Source: Owenia fusiformis | Taxonomy: Eukaryota | Direction: 5' to 3' | DNA: 64,000 bases | Assembly (NCBI GenBank): GCA_903813345.2 | Contig: CAIIXF020000001.1 | Coordinates: forward strand, 13,950,001-14,014,000 | Shown: positions 1 to 12,200 of the stretch, piece by piece | Layout: the number at the start of each line of letters is the position of its first letter | Position numbering within the stretch: position 1 is the first letter of the stretch | Notes under the pieces: generated by a model | What the model was told of the DNA's origin: nothing | What the model saw: only the letters and a program-made list of their open reading frames with translations | Database searches by the model: none | Program-made: the position numbers and the translations under genes

Positions 1-2
1 TG

Positions 3-755
3 AAGCACGTAGAAGAACTGCTGAACAGACTACGTCTGAATAATCTTACTGCAAAGCCTTCAAAGTGCCAGTTTGCATTTCAAGAAGTAGTATATTGTGG
101 CCATATGGTTGGAAAAGGTGTTGTTTCACTAAAGCCAAGTGCCATAGATGCAATCAAGAATTTTGACAAGCCAGAAACAAAAGAGTTACTGAAGACCTAT
201 TTAGGTATGACAGGCTACTATCGCCGTTTTATAAAGGATTATGCAACCAAGGCATACAACTTAACAGAACTGACCAGAAATCAAGCACCAAAGAAAATAT
301 TTTGGGAAGATAAGTCAGATGAAGCTTTCTACAAACTCAAAGAATACCTTTGCAAATACCCAATACTTCGAAGCCCAGATTTTGACCTACAGTTTCTAGT
401 CATCACTGATGCAAGTGCCTATGGTATTAGTGGCATACTGAGTCAGAACTTCGAGGATGGAGAGCATCCCATCATGTATTTGAGTAGGAAAATGTTACCA
501 AGAGAAAGAAATTACTCTGTAATTGAGAAAGAATGCTTGGCGATGAAATGGTCTATAGAGAAGTTGAGTTACTACTTGCTAGGAAGAGTCTTCAAAGTCA
601 TTACTGACCACAATCCTTTGGTATGGTTGCATAACATGAAGAATACAAACCCAAGATTGATGCGTTGGGCACTCGCTCTACAGCAGTACAATTTTACAGT
701 GGTGCATAGACCTGGATCAGCTAATAAAAACGCTGATGCATTGTCAAGACTATGA
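3..755 (+). CDS. pol: Retrotransposon Pol, C-terminal part (RT thumb/connection and RNase H)
   Basis: KPSKCQF..CGH, YLGMTGYYRRFI, TDASAYGISGIL, YSVIEKECLA, TDHNPL, RLMRWALALQ and NADALSR are Ty3/Gypsy RT-RNase H motifs. The frame is uninterrupted. Confidence 0.93.
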   Translation, partial: KHVEELLNRLRLNNLTAKPSKCQFAFQEVVYCGHMVGKGVVSLKPSAIDAIKNFDKPETKELLKTYLGMTGYYRRFIKDYATKAYNLTELTRNQAPKKIFWEDKSDEAFYKLKEYLCKYPILRSPDFDLQFLVITDASAYGISGILSQNFEDGEHPIMYLSRKMLPRERNYSVIEKECLAMKWSIEKLSYYLLGRVFKVITDHNPLVWLHNMKNTNPRLMRWALALQQYNFTVVHRPGSANKNADALSRL

Positions 756-924
756 GATGATAAACTGTTAGAAACTTGTATATAGATAAACATTTTAACA
801 AAATTTGTTAGGGAAAAGCCATCCCTAATAGGACTTTATATAAGAAATAGAGATACGAAGATGTGACTGTTTTACTGAGATGGAAAAATTTAAAGAGCAA
901 AAACAGTCAAGAAAAGGGGGAAGA

Positions 925-1195
925 TGTGATATAGTAAGATTAAAAGTGAATTGAAATATAGATGGCATGCTAACAATAACATTAAAAGTAGATTGAAGAT
1001 AGATGGCATGCCAGTTTTTACCCAGAAAAGTCAGTTGACAAGAAGTGGCCATATATGAGACATGTAATAATTAGTAGCAGAGAGAGGAAATAAAGAAATC
1101 GAAAGACCTAAAGGACAATAGCGACAATAACCGATAGATATAGTAGTAAGTAACATATTCACAGTTATATTCTACATTTTCATGAATAGTTCACA
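925..1195 (+). repeat. 3' LTR (TG...CA), ~240-270 bp
   Basis: Starts TGTGA right after the PPT. Internal direct repeat (aaaagt..attgaa.atagatggcatgc x2), AATAAA at 1089. Ends in TCACA at 1163 or 1195; this is ambiguous without the 5' LTR. Confidence 0.7.
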
Positions 1196-1303
1196 AATAA
1201 TACATATGATTTGCATGATTATATCTTTATCGACACATCCAATGAGTCGTAAATGATGATGTCATAATGTCAGTATCTAGGTACAATATACTAGTTTTCT
1301 TAC

Positions 1304-2883
1304 CTTGGAGTTTTGTAGTTGGCTTTTAATCCAATCGAGCTGCCTGCGGTCCCTACGTCTAGATAAAGGAGTGGTGTCCATCATAATGAACAACACAGAC
1401 TTTCTGCCTACTTTCTTAGTAATTGAGTAATAATTTGTTGGAAGATACCATCTAGAGTTCACCTTGCTATAGGCAACCTTTAACAGTTGTGTAATTATGT
1501 AATTATTCATCTTTGAATAATTTTTGCAAGGTATCAGTAATCTATAGGCCAAGAGTTAGTCATGTGACATATTAGACATGATATATTATGCTATGGTTCA
1601 TTGGCAGAGCCAAGGTTACCACTATCGCTTGGGTCGATTCGCTTGATTCCCGGTTCAGATAAATTTGTTTGTGCATTAAGTATTTCTGGGTGTTTGACGG
1701 AGTGGTCAAGACATGCCAGCCAGGTGTTAGTAACTTATAATTTGTGAATAATTATCTTTACTTACTTCATTCTTGGCATTGTCACGGTGATGGTCATGGT
1801 TGCCTAGGGTGATATACCAGGTTTTCTGGAGGGACCTGGCTGTGTAGACATCCTTCCACTTCTTATCAAACTGAGGATCTTTGACACTACAATGTTGGTT
1901 TTTTTCCTTATTATAATGTTTTTGTTAGTATACCCCACTGATGCTAGACAATCCTATATTACTTAAGCCTATACCTCCACTCAGGCCCACAGCCAGCTTT
2001 AGCCAACGGCGTTCATTTTTCAGAAAAATTCCAGAGATGTTCACTTTGACAAATTTACATAAAAAATGCTTAGAATCGTGAAAAACTGCATGAGTTTGAT
2101 AGAATTTTTGGCCAGGGGGGTTGGGGGTTAAAAGAGAGCCCTGAATATACCTATTAGCACCATCATTGTAGAAGTTATCTCCAAGGGTAACTATAAATTC
2201 TCCTTTGTACTTTGCCATCCAGTCTCCCATTGATTTAGCCACCTTCTTCTGGGTACTTCCTCCAGTTCCCCAGTCACCCATAGCAGCAAACCTCAGGGTG
2301 TCTAGAATACAAGTACAGCAGATTTGTTTACTTAGCATTGTAAGATTCAAGTACAGGGTGTGCCAAAAAAATCGACATTTTTATTTTGCTTAATTATGAC
2401 ATTAAATTTTATAAGAGTATATACATATAATGTACACCCAGTATATAGAATATAGCAGCACTATAATATGACTTTGTAATTGTTTAAAGGAGTAAGCCAC
2501 AATAGTTCATAATTAAATAATTAAAAGCAAAGTGTATTTTGCACAATGATTCCTACTTAGTCTTCTTTTAGCCGTCCATTTTTTCCAAATATTTCCCATC
2601 TACGGTAATCAAATTTTTCTGTTAGTCTGAGAATATTATTATGACTTTAACCCTATAGCTGAATGAGGTTCTTGTTAATGAAGTTAACAAGGGAACCCTC
2701 TAATTGCAAAGCTTATTTTGACATTATTTCAATAAAAGAGAAACAAAAACATTCAATTAACAATAAAATCCCCTGAAGCTCCTCTGCCAAAGACATACCT
2801 GCCGCATGTGTCACGGCTAGCAATCCTGCCAAAGCACACACCAACACAACACCATTCTGGAAGAGGCGATTCTTCATTATCAT
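1304..2883 (-). CDS. ACP5: Tartrate-resistant/purple acid phosphatase (ACP5-like), first four coding exons; the rest lies left of the window
   Basis: Exons 2883-2799 (signal peptide MIMKNRLFQNGVVLVCALAGLLAVTHAA), 2301-2151 (LRFAAMGDWG, LGDNFY), 1886-1766 (DPQFDKKWKDVY, WYITLGNHD) and 1477-1304 (YSKVNSRWYLP, IMMDT, QLDWIKSQL). All are GT-AG with consistent phases, 177 codons. PAP motifs DxG, GDxxY and GNHD are present. Confidence 0.88.
1982..2143. repeat. Dispersed G-tract repeat, copy 1
   Basis: Shares tcac(a)tttgacaa...aaaaactgcatga.tttga.agaatttttggccagggggg with 7316-7514. Confidence 0.5.
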
Positions 2884-4621
2884 CCATTCAACAATTGTTC
2901 TTGTTTAATGCTCTTCATTGAATATGATAATCTTAGTATATAAGTAAATTGTGAATAAAATTATTACCAGCATATTAATATATTATGGTTTATATTTATA
3001 ATTACTATATATGCAGGTAAGAGAAATATAATGATGGAAATATGAATACAGTAAGAAAAGAATAATTTGATTCATTACGCTATGTTTCTCATGGTATAAT
3101 ATACCTTGGCATATGTTGTCTAAGATCTCAGTGTCTAAATTTAAATGTTGGCAAATACACATTCATCTTTTTTATCAAATGATCAGTTCTTGACCAATGA
3201 CAATGAGAGAAACATTTCAATGGTATAAAACGTGATAACTTGACTGTAATTTAAGAAAAAAAACAATTTATATTCAGTTGGCCCCATTCTGATTTTCCAT
3301 GGAAATTTTTATCTACTGATCTATTTTGGTCCAAAATATATATAAAAGGGTGTGGAAACAATCATTGACTTGGCCAACATCTATTCTAAAAGTAAACCTT
3401 ACCATATTGCTTGATGCCAGATCTCTGAACATTGAAAAGTTGATAAATATGGGACATTATTATATGACTTGTTATCTACTCATCATTTCCTTATCTTATC
3501 AGCCTATCCTATCTCCATAGTCCATATGAATGGAGCCCATACGAAAATGTCAAATGAAGTGTTCCAAAATAGACAATCAAGAGATTAACCAGCAATTTGT
3601 ATAAAAGTCAACATGTCCAATTGTTTTATTGAAATGCTAGAAAATCGAACAGTTAATTGTTATCTTAGAGAAAACAAATTCTGATGGATGGGTAAGCAAT
3701 GTAAACATGATACATTACACATGATACCGTGTACATGAGTGATTGTGACTGTAGCCCTGATACTGTTGATACCTACCTTAAGTGTGGCGCATGCTCAGGA
3801 GATTTTATTTATATTGCATAAGGTTGGCTGATCAAGGTCAAATATTCAGATTGCTCTAATTGCTGTGATGTCATCAGTATGTTACTGAACACATGATCTG
3901 CGATATAATGATAAACATCTAGACTATGTGAAACAGTGTAACAATACACACTTTTTCTGTGATACTGTCATCTGTCATTGGTGAAAAACATGTGACAAGT
4001 TGTTGGTCAGTTCTTTTGTATAATCTCCAATTTTAACTCCTAACCTTATTCTAAAGGGTGGGATACATCAATTAATGCTCTTTGAGGTGACAAAATACCT
4101 GAGAATCTCTCTGTCAGTTAGATATATGGATTTCATTGTGCCATGTTCCTTATTCCATTGGATGATAAAGAGAATCCTATCCTATCCATAGGGCTAGTAT
4201 AATTCAAATACTGTTTGGTCAGTATTGTTTTATATTTTTATTCACAGATATGGAAAAGAAGAAACAGGAAATTTTGTTGATATTTTATTCATTTATTCGT
4301 TCATTCATCCATCTACATGTCTGTCTATTTTCATGTTTGTGCATATTATTTGCACTGCTTAGTGGATTGCATGGGAGTTCCATAATTGTATCATCCAATT
4401 CATGCTACTGTGCCCTAGGTGGTGAAAGCTTTCTGGCAATTGTTGTATTGTTGTACACACAACATAGGAAGAATTCCTTAGGTGATGGAGATTTGAAAAC
4501 ATTTTCATTTCGATATGGCTAGAATTTGAAAAACTCAAGCTCCCCAGGAAAGTGGTTTGAATTGATGAAAAAGAAAAGTTTAAAATTGAATTTTCATTCA
4601 ATATATTGGTATTTTAAAAAG

Positions 4622-6107
4622 CACCCTATGCAGACAGAGCCTGTGGGAAATATTGGGTGGGGAGCAAATGAGCGGAGGGTGCGCAGCTAACGGTCATTTT
4701 TGAATTTAAATTTGGGATATTTCTGGAACTAAGCCGTTTTGGGACTTCAAATATACCAAGATATGTGTATTTGACACCAAATATCAATACAATTGTGAAA
4801 ATAGTAGCGCAATTCATTCTATAGCGACGCAGTGTGCCTTAAACCTTTCCCAGACCTATATATTTTGAAATTATCCTTTTAATACTGAGTCCCCAGCATT
4901 CATAAAAAATGGTGTTCAAGGTACACTATCTATACAAATTATTTTTGCATCTTGGAAGCCAGGCAGTATCAGTGTGATTTTATAAAAATTCGGAAATGTT
5001 TTTCAGATATGAGCCCCCTCTAAATATTGGGTGCGGAGCAGCTCCATAAACGTAGCTCCGCACCCAATATTTAGAGGGGGCTCATATCTGAAGAACATTT
5101 CCGAATTTTTATAAAATCACACAGATACTGCCTGGCTTCCAAGATGCAAAAATAATTTGCATGGGTAGTGTATCTTGAACACCATTTTTTATGAATGCTG
5201 GGGACGCAGTATTAAAAGGATAGTCTCAAAATATATAGGTCTGGGAAATGTTTAAGGCATACTGCGTCGCTATAAAATGAATTGCGCTACTATTTTCACA
5301 ATTTTATTGATATTTGGTGTCAAATACACATATCTTGGTATATTTGAAGTCCCAAAACGGCTTAGTTTAAGAAATACCCCAATTTTAAATTCAAAAATGA
5401 CCGTTAGCTCCGCACCCTCCGCTCATTTGCGCCGCACCCAATACAGGGTGTCAAATGGCGTTGTGCCCCCCTTTCACAGCATAAACTTAGAAAGGTACCT
5501 ACACATTATGTATGTCATTGGAAAGAGCATTCAATTCTGGATAAAATAAATCCTAGATGACCTAGGTCAGATGTTGCTATATAGTGTTACATGCATTTGA
5601 AATGTACTAGTGTAGTGCTCTATTTCATTGATTTTTGAGAAGTGGCTGACTGTAAAGTGTAGTGCCTTATTTTATTTATTTAGACTAAAGCTAGTTCACA
5701 GTTGAAATAAAGATGACAAAACAACTTTTTGATGATGATAATCAGCAATATAGAGACAGAATAAGGTGTATTGCATATAGAGAATGAGGGTGCTAGTTTA
5801 ATTACGAAGTATTAAAATCTCTTGAGAAAGACACAGCCCTTTTCCATTCCCTTTTAGCTTCATATCCGGCTAGATTGGCAGCGGTTAAGGCTGCCCAAGG
5901 GGGGTCATACTCACTTTTAAAAGTAAGTTGAAAATATATCTTATTTTCCATCATGCATCTTCATCTTTTCACATGTTAACAACAATTAAATGCTCTTTCC
6001 AATGGTATATGGTATGTGTGTGTATCTTTCCTAGTTTATGCTGTGGACGGGGGGCACAACGCCATTTGACACCCTGTATTTCCCACAGGCTCTGTCTGCA
6101 TAGGGTG
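4622..6107. mobile_element. Non-autonomous foldback (near-palindromic) DNA transposon with CAC termini and 5-bp TSD
   Basis: Left arm 4622-5039 (~418 bp) is the inverted copy of 5055-5443 plus 6079-6107, with a 15-bp spacer. Termini CACCCTATGCAGACAGAGCCTGTGGGAAA. AAAAG flanks both sides (4617-4621 and 6108-6112). Confidence 0.88.
5444..6076. mobile_element. Tc1/mariner-type MITE nested in the right arm of the foldback element
   Basis: Perfect TIR CAGGGTGTCAAATGGCGTTGTGCCCCCC, extending imperfectly to ~85 bp. TA is duplicated at 5442-5443 and 6077-6078. Removing it restores the outer arm. Confidence 0.9.
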
Positions 6108-6236
6108 AAAAGGCATGGGTCATCTTTTAACTGACTCAGTGATGATACAAGGTACAACTTGACTTTAAGGTGTACATTGTAAAATATACCACAAATACAT
6201 TCTCCATTTTGTAATATCTCTATAATCTCATTCTAG

Positions 6237-9200
6237 GTGCTGTTCAGTCCACTGTTTGTTGCTAGAAGTCGCCTTCCACAGCCTCTATTTGTAAATGTTG
6301 AGACCCCCCGTTTAAAGAGTTCTCACCAGATGGAGCTGTTAGGACGTGGCAGGGAGCAACAGCTAAATGTTCTCAGCGGAGACGTCACACATCATCTCAC
6401 CTTTCAACTCGGGTAAATATAAACAAATGACAGATTGGCAGATTGAGGGGTTCCACTTATAAAGGTTCATTTAACACTAAGTTTGTTGGTCTTGGGACTC
6501 TGAAAGATGTTCCACTTCTTGAGGTGTTTCACTTTATAGGTTTCACTGTCTTTTTTGCTATATGATAAATTCTAAATTGGAAAGTGATTTTTTGTAAATA
6601 TCACATCATCAAAGATGAATTGAGTAATATAAGAGTTAATATTTTGCGTAAAGTCACTCAAGCTTGTGTGTAGGTTTAACAAGTAACATGTACTGTGCAA
6701 TATTAACTATCCTGTATTGTTTTAGACCAACTGCCAAGAAGTCTAGCCCTCATGTAGATCTCTCCGTCAACTGCTTAGATCAGCAACAATACAAGACTGT
6801 TGAAAACCCATCAATAGAGTCTATATGTTATGATTGGGATAAACAGGACAGTGCTGGGAGAGATATGTGGCCATACACAGATATTCAAAGGTACTGAAGT
6901 AAATTACTCAATTTAAACATTACTTTAAACTTCTTGCTGTGTTCTGCTATTTTTGGGACTTTCTCATTAGTCTACATTGGCACTTGGACATACTATACAT
7001 AATTAGGTTTATGCTGTCTAAACGATATGCAGTCACATGAAGTGTGAAATACTCATATTGCATAATATACAGTAGAAAACAACAGATTTTAATTTAAAGT
7101 TTCAATTTATTTTGTTTTTATTCATTGATTTACAAAAAATACTATGATTTGCAGTCTGGATTTGTTTTATATGAAGGAGTCATATCCAACATGTTGCTAT
7201 TCAGCCTGAAAATACATTACAATATAGTATCACATTCTCCAAGCATCTTTAAAGTTGATTCTTTTAGATGTTCAGAAAATTAAAGAAATATATACAACTA
7301 TAGAACTAACTGCCAAGGGGGGGGGGGTTCAATTTTAAAAAATTTCCAGGGGGGTTCACATTTGACAATTTTGGCCAAAATTAGGCTATAATCACTTGAG
7401 AAGTGCTCAAAATGGTCAAAAACTGCATGATTTTGAAAGAATTTTTGGCCAGGGGGGGGGGGGGGTTCGCCCGAACCCTGCGAACCCCCCCCCCCCCCCC
7501 TGGCTACGGGCCTGCCTGTGATATACTAAGTGATATATTCTCTGATATCCAGAATAAAACATCATATCCCATGAAATAATAGCAGTGATTTTTTCTCCAA
7601 AAATCAATAAACAGATAGCACTATTTTGAATGTACATGTAATAGTTACTTTTCACTGTAACCATAACTATATGGGTGGAAACAATCACCCCTCAGATTTA
7701 TGGGTCTACAATATTATTTACAGTAATGAAATTAGTCAAAGCATATGCCTGTCTTTTATTTCTGGGACAGTTTGTACCATACATGTACAGAGCTAACCCC
7801 TCTAGTGACCCAACAGTTTACTTACTTTATATTCTCTATTTGGCTATGCTATTGCTGCACATCCACAGGTGTCACAGAGACATGTTATCCGTGGTTTCTG
7901 CCTTTGGTCGTAGAATTCAGGTCCCTCACACACCAGAGTAGGACATTTGGGGCACTCGATACTACACAACTTCGCCTCTCTAAAAGACTGCATGCTGCGC
8001 CCACTAATCTGTGACACCATGCATAAGGCCACCAGAGCCAAACATAGACACCTCATATACATGATAACCTGGAGTATATGACATGACATAACTTGACATG
8101 ATTTGACACGAGGTATAAGGCCACCAGAGTCAAACATAGACACCTCATATACATAATAACCTGGAGTATATGACATGACATGACTTGACAGTAGGTATAA
8201 GGCCACCAGAGTCAAACATAGACACCTCATATACATAATAACCTGGAGTATATGCCATGACATGACTTGACAGTAGGTATAAGGCCACCAGAGTCAAACA
8301 TAGACACCTCATATACATAATAACCTGGAGTATATGACATGACATGACTTGACAGTAGGTATAAGGCCACTAGAGTCAAACATAGACACCTCATATATAT
8401 AATAACCTGGAGTATATGATATGACATAAGGCCACCAGAACCAGATATAGACACCTCATATAAATAATAACCTGGAAAGGAAGTCAAAAATCCTCAAGCT
8501 CAATTAGTATTTTAACATTAAAGTTAAGCACATAACCCTTTTAAATCTTTCTGTTTAGATTTGGCTTCTTTAACCTATCAGCAGTGTCTGTTTGAGGATT
8601 ATCACCTGTTAGTTTTTGAATTATATTTATTGTATAAATATATAAAAAATAAAATACTTGCTTACAAATAAGATAAATTTTACCTTTAATACTTCTTGTT
8701 AGGAGATGAAATATAAAATCGAATGGCTTGTCTGTTTATATACCCTCATTTAAAGATAGAATATTTTTTCAGTTGCTTTAATTTTGACGTTTTATTTCCT
8801 CAAAAGTAGAATTTAAGTAAATTTTCATTATATGTTTTTATTGATAATAATAATGACTAAAAATGTTATTTTACAAATTGCTTTCATCTGTAACTGTTAT
8901 CATCCCATCGAAGAAGGATATAGGGAACACCTCTGTCCGTCCATCCAGACGTCCATCCATCCGTCCGGGCAATAACTCAAATATCGTTGGCCCGATTTTG
9001 TTCATATTTTGTATACGTTTACCCTATGAGGGCAAAAGTTCTGCTCGAAAGTCGATTTTCAAAATGGTCGCTCATTTAAAAATGGTGGCCATTCTAGTGC
9101 CTCTAGTGCTGACTTTACAGTAATTTAGGTGCAATATGTAAAACTGTAATAGCAATATGTTTTAAATGTAAAAAAATTATATTGGACATTAATAAAGCTA

Positions 9201-12200
9201 GAAATGTAGATATTGAAAAATGGCGGCTGTTTTAATGTAATTTGGTATAACTTGAAAAGTAATGGAGCGATTTCGTTCATATTTGGTATGTGAATACTAT
9301 AAGCATGGCACACTGTCTAATGACACTTTTGGTAGAAGGCAGCCATTTTGAAAAATGGCGGCCATTTTAACATATTTTGCTATAACTCGAAAAGTAGTGG
9401 AGCGATTTTGTTCATATTTGGTATGTGAATACTCTAGGCATGGCACACTGTCTAATGACACTTTTGGTAGAAGCTGGTGGCCATTTTGAAAAATGGCTGC
9501 CATTTTAACGTACTTTAATATAACTCTAAAAGTGGTGGAGCGATTTTGTTCATATTTGGTGTGTGAATACTATAAGCATGGCACACTGTCTAATGACACT
9601 TTTGGTAGAAGCTGGTGGCCATTTTGAAAAATGGCTCCCATTTTTGCTATATACTTTGTTTGTAAATATGCCAGCCATGGCTGTTCGATGGGATTTGCTA
9701 TGCTTTGGCGTTGCTGTTGTCTAGTTATTATAAAATGTTGGATTTATAGTTTTCATTTTTTAAATACTATTTGCAACCTATTATCCCTTTGGATATGACA
9801 TAGACTGGCATATTAATCATGTCAAAATAATTATGATATTAACTGATATAATGATGACATTTATTTGGTTCATGAATATTAGTTTAAATTAAGATTGTTA
9901 TTTGAACTGAATTTCATTTATGAATGAAAAGCTAATATCCTTCATGTCTTTTCACTTCATAAGTATTTAATAAATACAGAATATCACATCATTTTGAGTG
10001 ATATCATTTTTATCGCCGAGTTGATATCAAATATCAACACGAGTGAGCGGAGCGAATGAGTGTTGATATTTGATATCTACGAGGCGATAAAATGATATCA
10101 CGAGAAATATTGGGTTTATCCAATGATTACAATCACCTCGTGATGTTCATTTTAGTACCATTTTTTAATCGTTATTTAGCAGCCTTCTAATCAAATTATA
10201 TATACAATCGTAATTCAATACACCAATGAAACATAAAGAGAATAAATTTACGGACCTATTTTCTCAAAATAGAATAAATTATCTGACCTAATTTCCAACA
10301 ATATTGTGGCGCGAAATGCAAATGTGATATCACACGGATATGCGTGGGATAAACGATATCACACGCATATGAGTTTTATAAACGATTTTCTGGAAAATAT
10401 CACACGGATTTCAATAGTATCAGAAATATCAATAGCTGTTATTGTACAGATAACACATTAATCGTGGGATAAAGCAGAATATTAGATTCTTTGCATTTGA
10501 GTTTTGCACATTGACATAATTATACTGCATATTTGGGATTGAATATGTAGGGATTTCCACATATGCAGCCAATATATCTTTAGTGTGGATATTAGATAGC
10601 CTTGCCCCAAGTCGGTCTCTTTAATACCGACTTGGGGCAAGGCTAGATATTAGAGTTTGAGCGGTAAAACTTTTGCTGACTAATACAATGTGATTATGAA
10701 TGAATGAAACTTTGGTTGCCATTTTACAATTTACTGGTCAATTATTTCCAGGATATGTACTGTATGTATATCTATAAGAATTCAATCATTTATCTTGACA
10801 ATGAGGTGCATTATAAGTCTATAATACAAGTCTGTCATTGTTGGTACTAGGAGGCAGGTTTTCAAAAAAATGTTATCTTATTCACTGGATTATTGTTTAG
10901 ATATGTGTTTTTTTGCTGATGTTTTAACATTACAACACATAGAATCAATAAGCAGACTGATAAAAAGACAAAATGACCACTCAAGTCAACTTATTATTTC
11001 AGAAAACATCCAATAAATTCAATTTATTAAAAAAAACTAAAACTAAATATCTTACCTAGATTTTTGTAAGGGTTGTCAGGCATCTGAATGACCGCCATAT
11101 TTGAAATGAAAATATCACTTATTAAAGCTTTGCGCAAATTACATAATTACTATACTATATGCATATAAGATATGTATATAATTTCAGTAATGAAGAGCCG
11201 CCGAGTGAATTGGGATACCTCCACTCAGAGCCCGTATCCATGCCCAACACCAGAACAGTCCTTCCAGAGAGTATGAGGTCGCCTCATGTTGCCATGACAA
11301 TGCAATCAGTTGTCAAGGTAGTGCCAGACATCATGGCCAGACATATTGAGGAGACGCAAGATTTTGACCAACCTGATATCCAGTTGAACATTACCAAGCA
11401 ACAGTACTGGGTAGGATGTCAGACTATTTTACTGGATGTTGCTCCACCTTGGCTGCTAGTGAACCACACCCCCATTGACCTTACTCTGGTGGAAAGCTCT
11501 GAGGTGATATGGCATATTGGCAAAGGGAAAACTATGGCTCCCCCTTATTTACAGGTACTATCAAATATGTAACATTTGAAGTTGGAATTGAAATGCACAT
11601 TAATTCTGGGGAATGAAAGTACATTTTATAACCATATTCTGGAATAAACTTATCAAAAAAGATCAATTTTCTATACATAATATGTTTCAAAATATGCTGT
11701 GTGAGTTTCCTTTAATCAAAGTGAACAACATGTAAATCTTCGAACCTTCAAATTATAATGCAAGATTTTACCACAATTCTTTCAGAGTCCATTTAGGTTA
11801 GGCATCCAGGTTAAAGATACATTATACACAACAGACCCTGTTGAACTATCGAGCCAAGACCCCTCCACCAGGCGCTACCTCCCCAACATTCAAGGGGTAC
11901 TATATCTGGAGGGCACAACAACTGTTGTGACACACATCAGAGAGAAAAATCTGCCTGTTAAGGTATCATTTAATACATTTATTACATTTATGTGTTTAGG
12001 TATCATTTAATACATTTATTACATTTATGTGTTATGGCCTAGTCACATAGCCCGGCCGATGTCTGGCATCGGTAGAGGTCGGTGGATTTTTTTTGTGCCA
12101 CCGAGGTCTCCTCATCGGAAGCAGAGCTCGGTGACGTGAACGGACTCCGTCCGGACATCTTCAGGCGACCGACCGAACACCGGCCGGTGACCGTACGGAG

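Larger units (their letters stand above)
1..1195 (+). mobile_element. 3' end of a Ty3/Gypsy LTR retrotransposon (Gmr1-like): RT end, RNase H, PPT and 3' LTR
   Basis: pol frame is open from base 3 to the stop at 755. Polypurine tract aagaaaagggggaaga at 909-924 is followed directly by TGTGA (925). AATAAA at 1089. Complementary TCACA ends at 1163 or 1195. Confidence 0.9.

Noticed and set aside
3860-3940. Possible C/D-box snoRNA (gtgatg...ctga)
   Set aside because: Boxes are non-canonical and too close together, with no terminal stem or recognisable guide.
4626-5549. Twin ORFs MNCATIFTI... on opposite strands
   Set aside because: Artefact of the palindromic foldback element; no protein motifs.
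7844-8487. Hydrophobic repetitive ORFs, or a CRISPR-like array
   Set aside because: These are translations of an 82-bp tandem repeat with no unique spacers and no cas genes.
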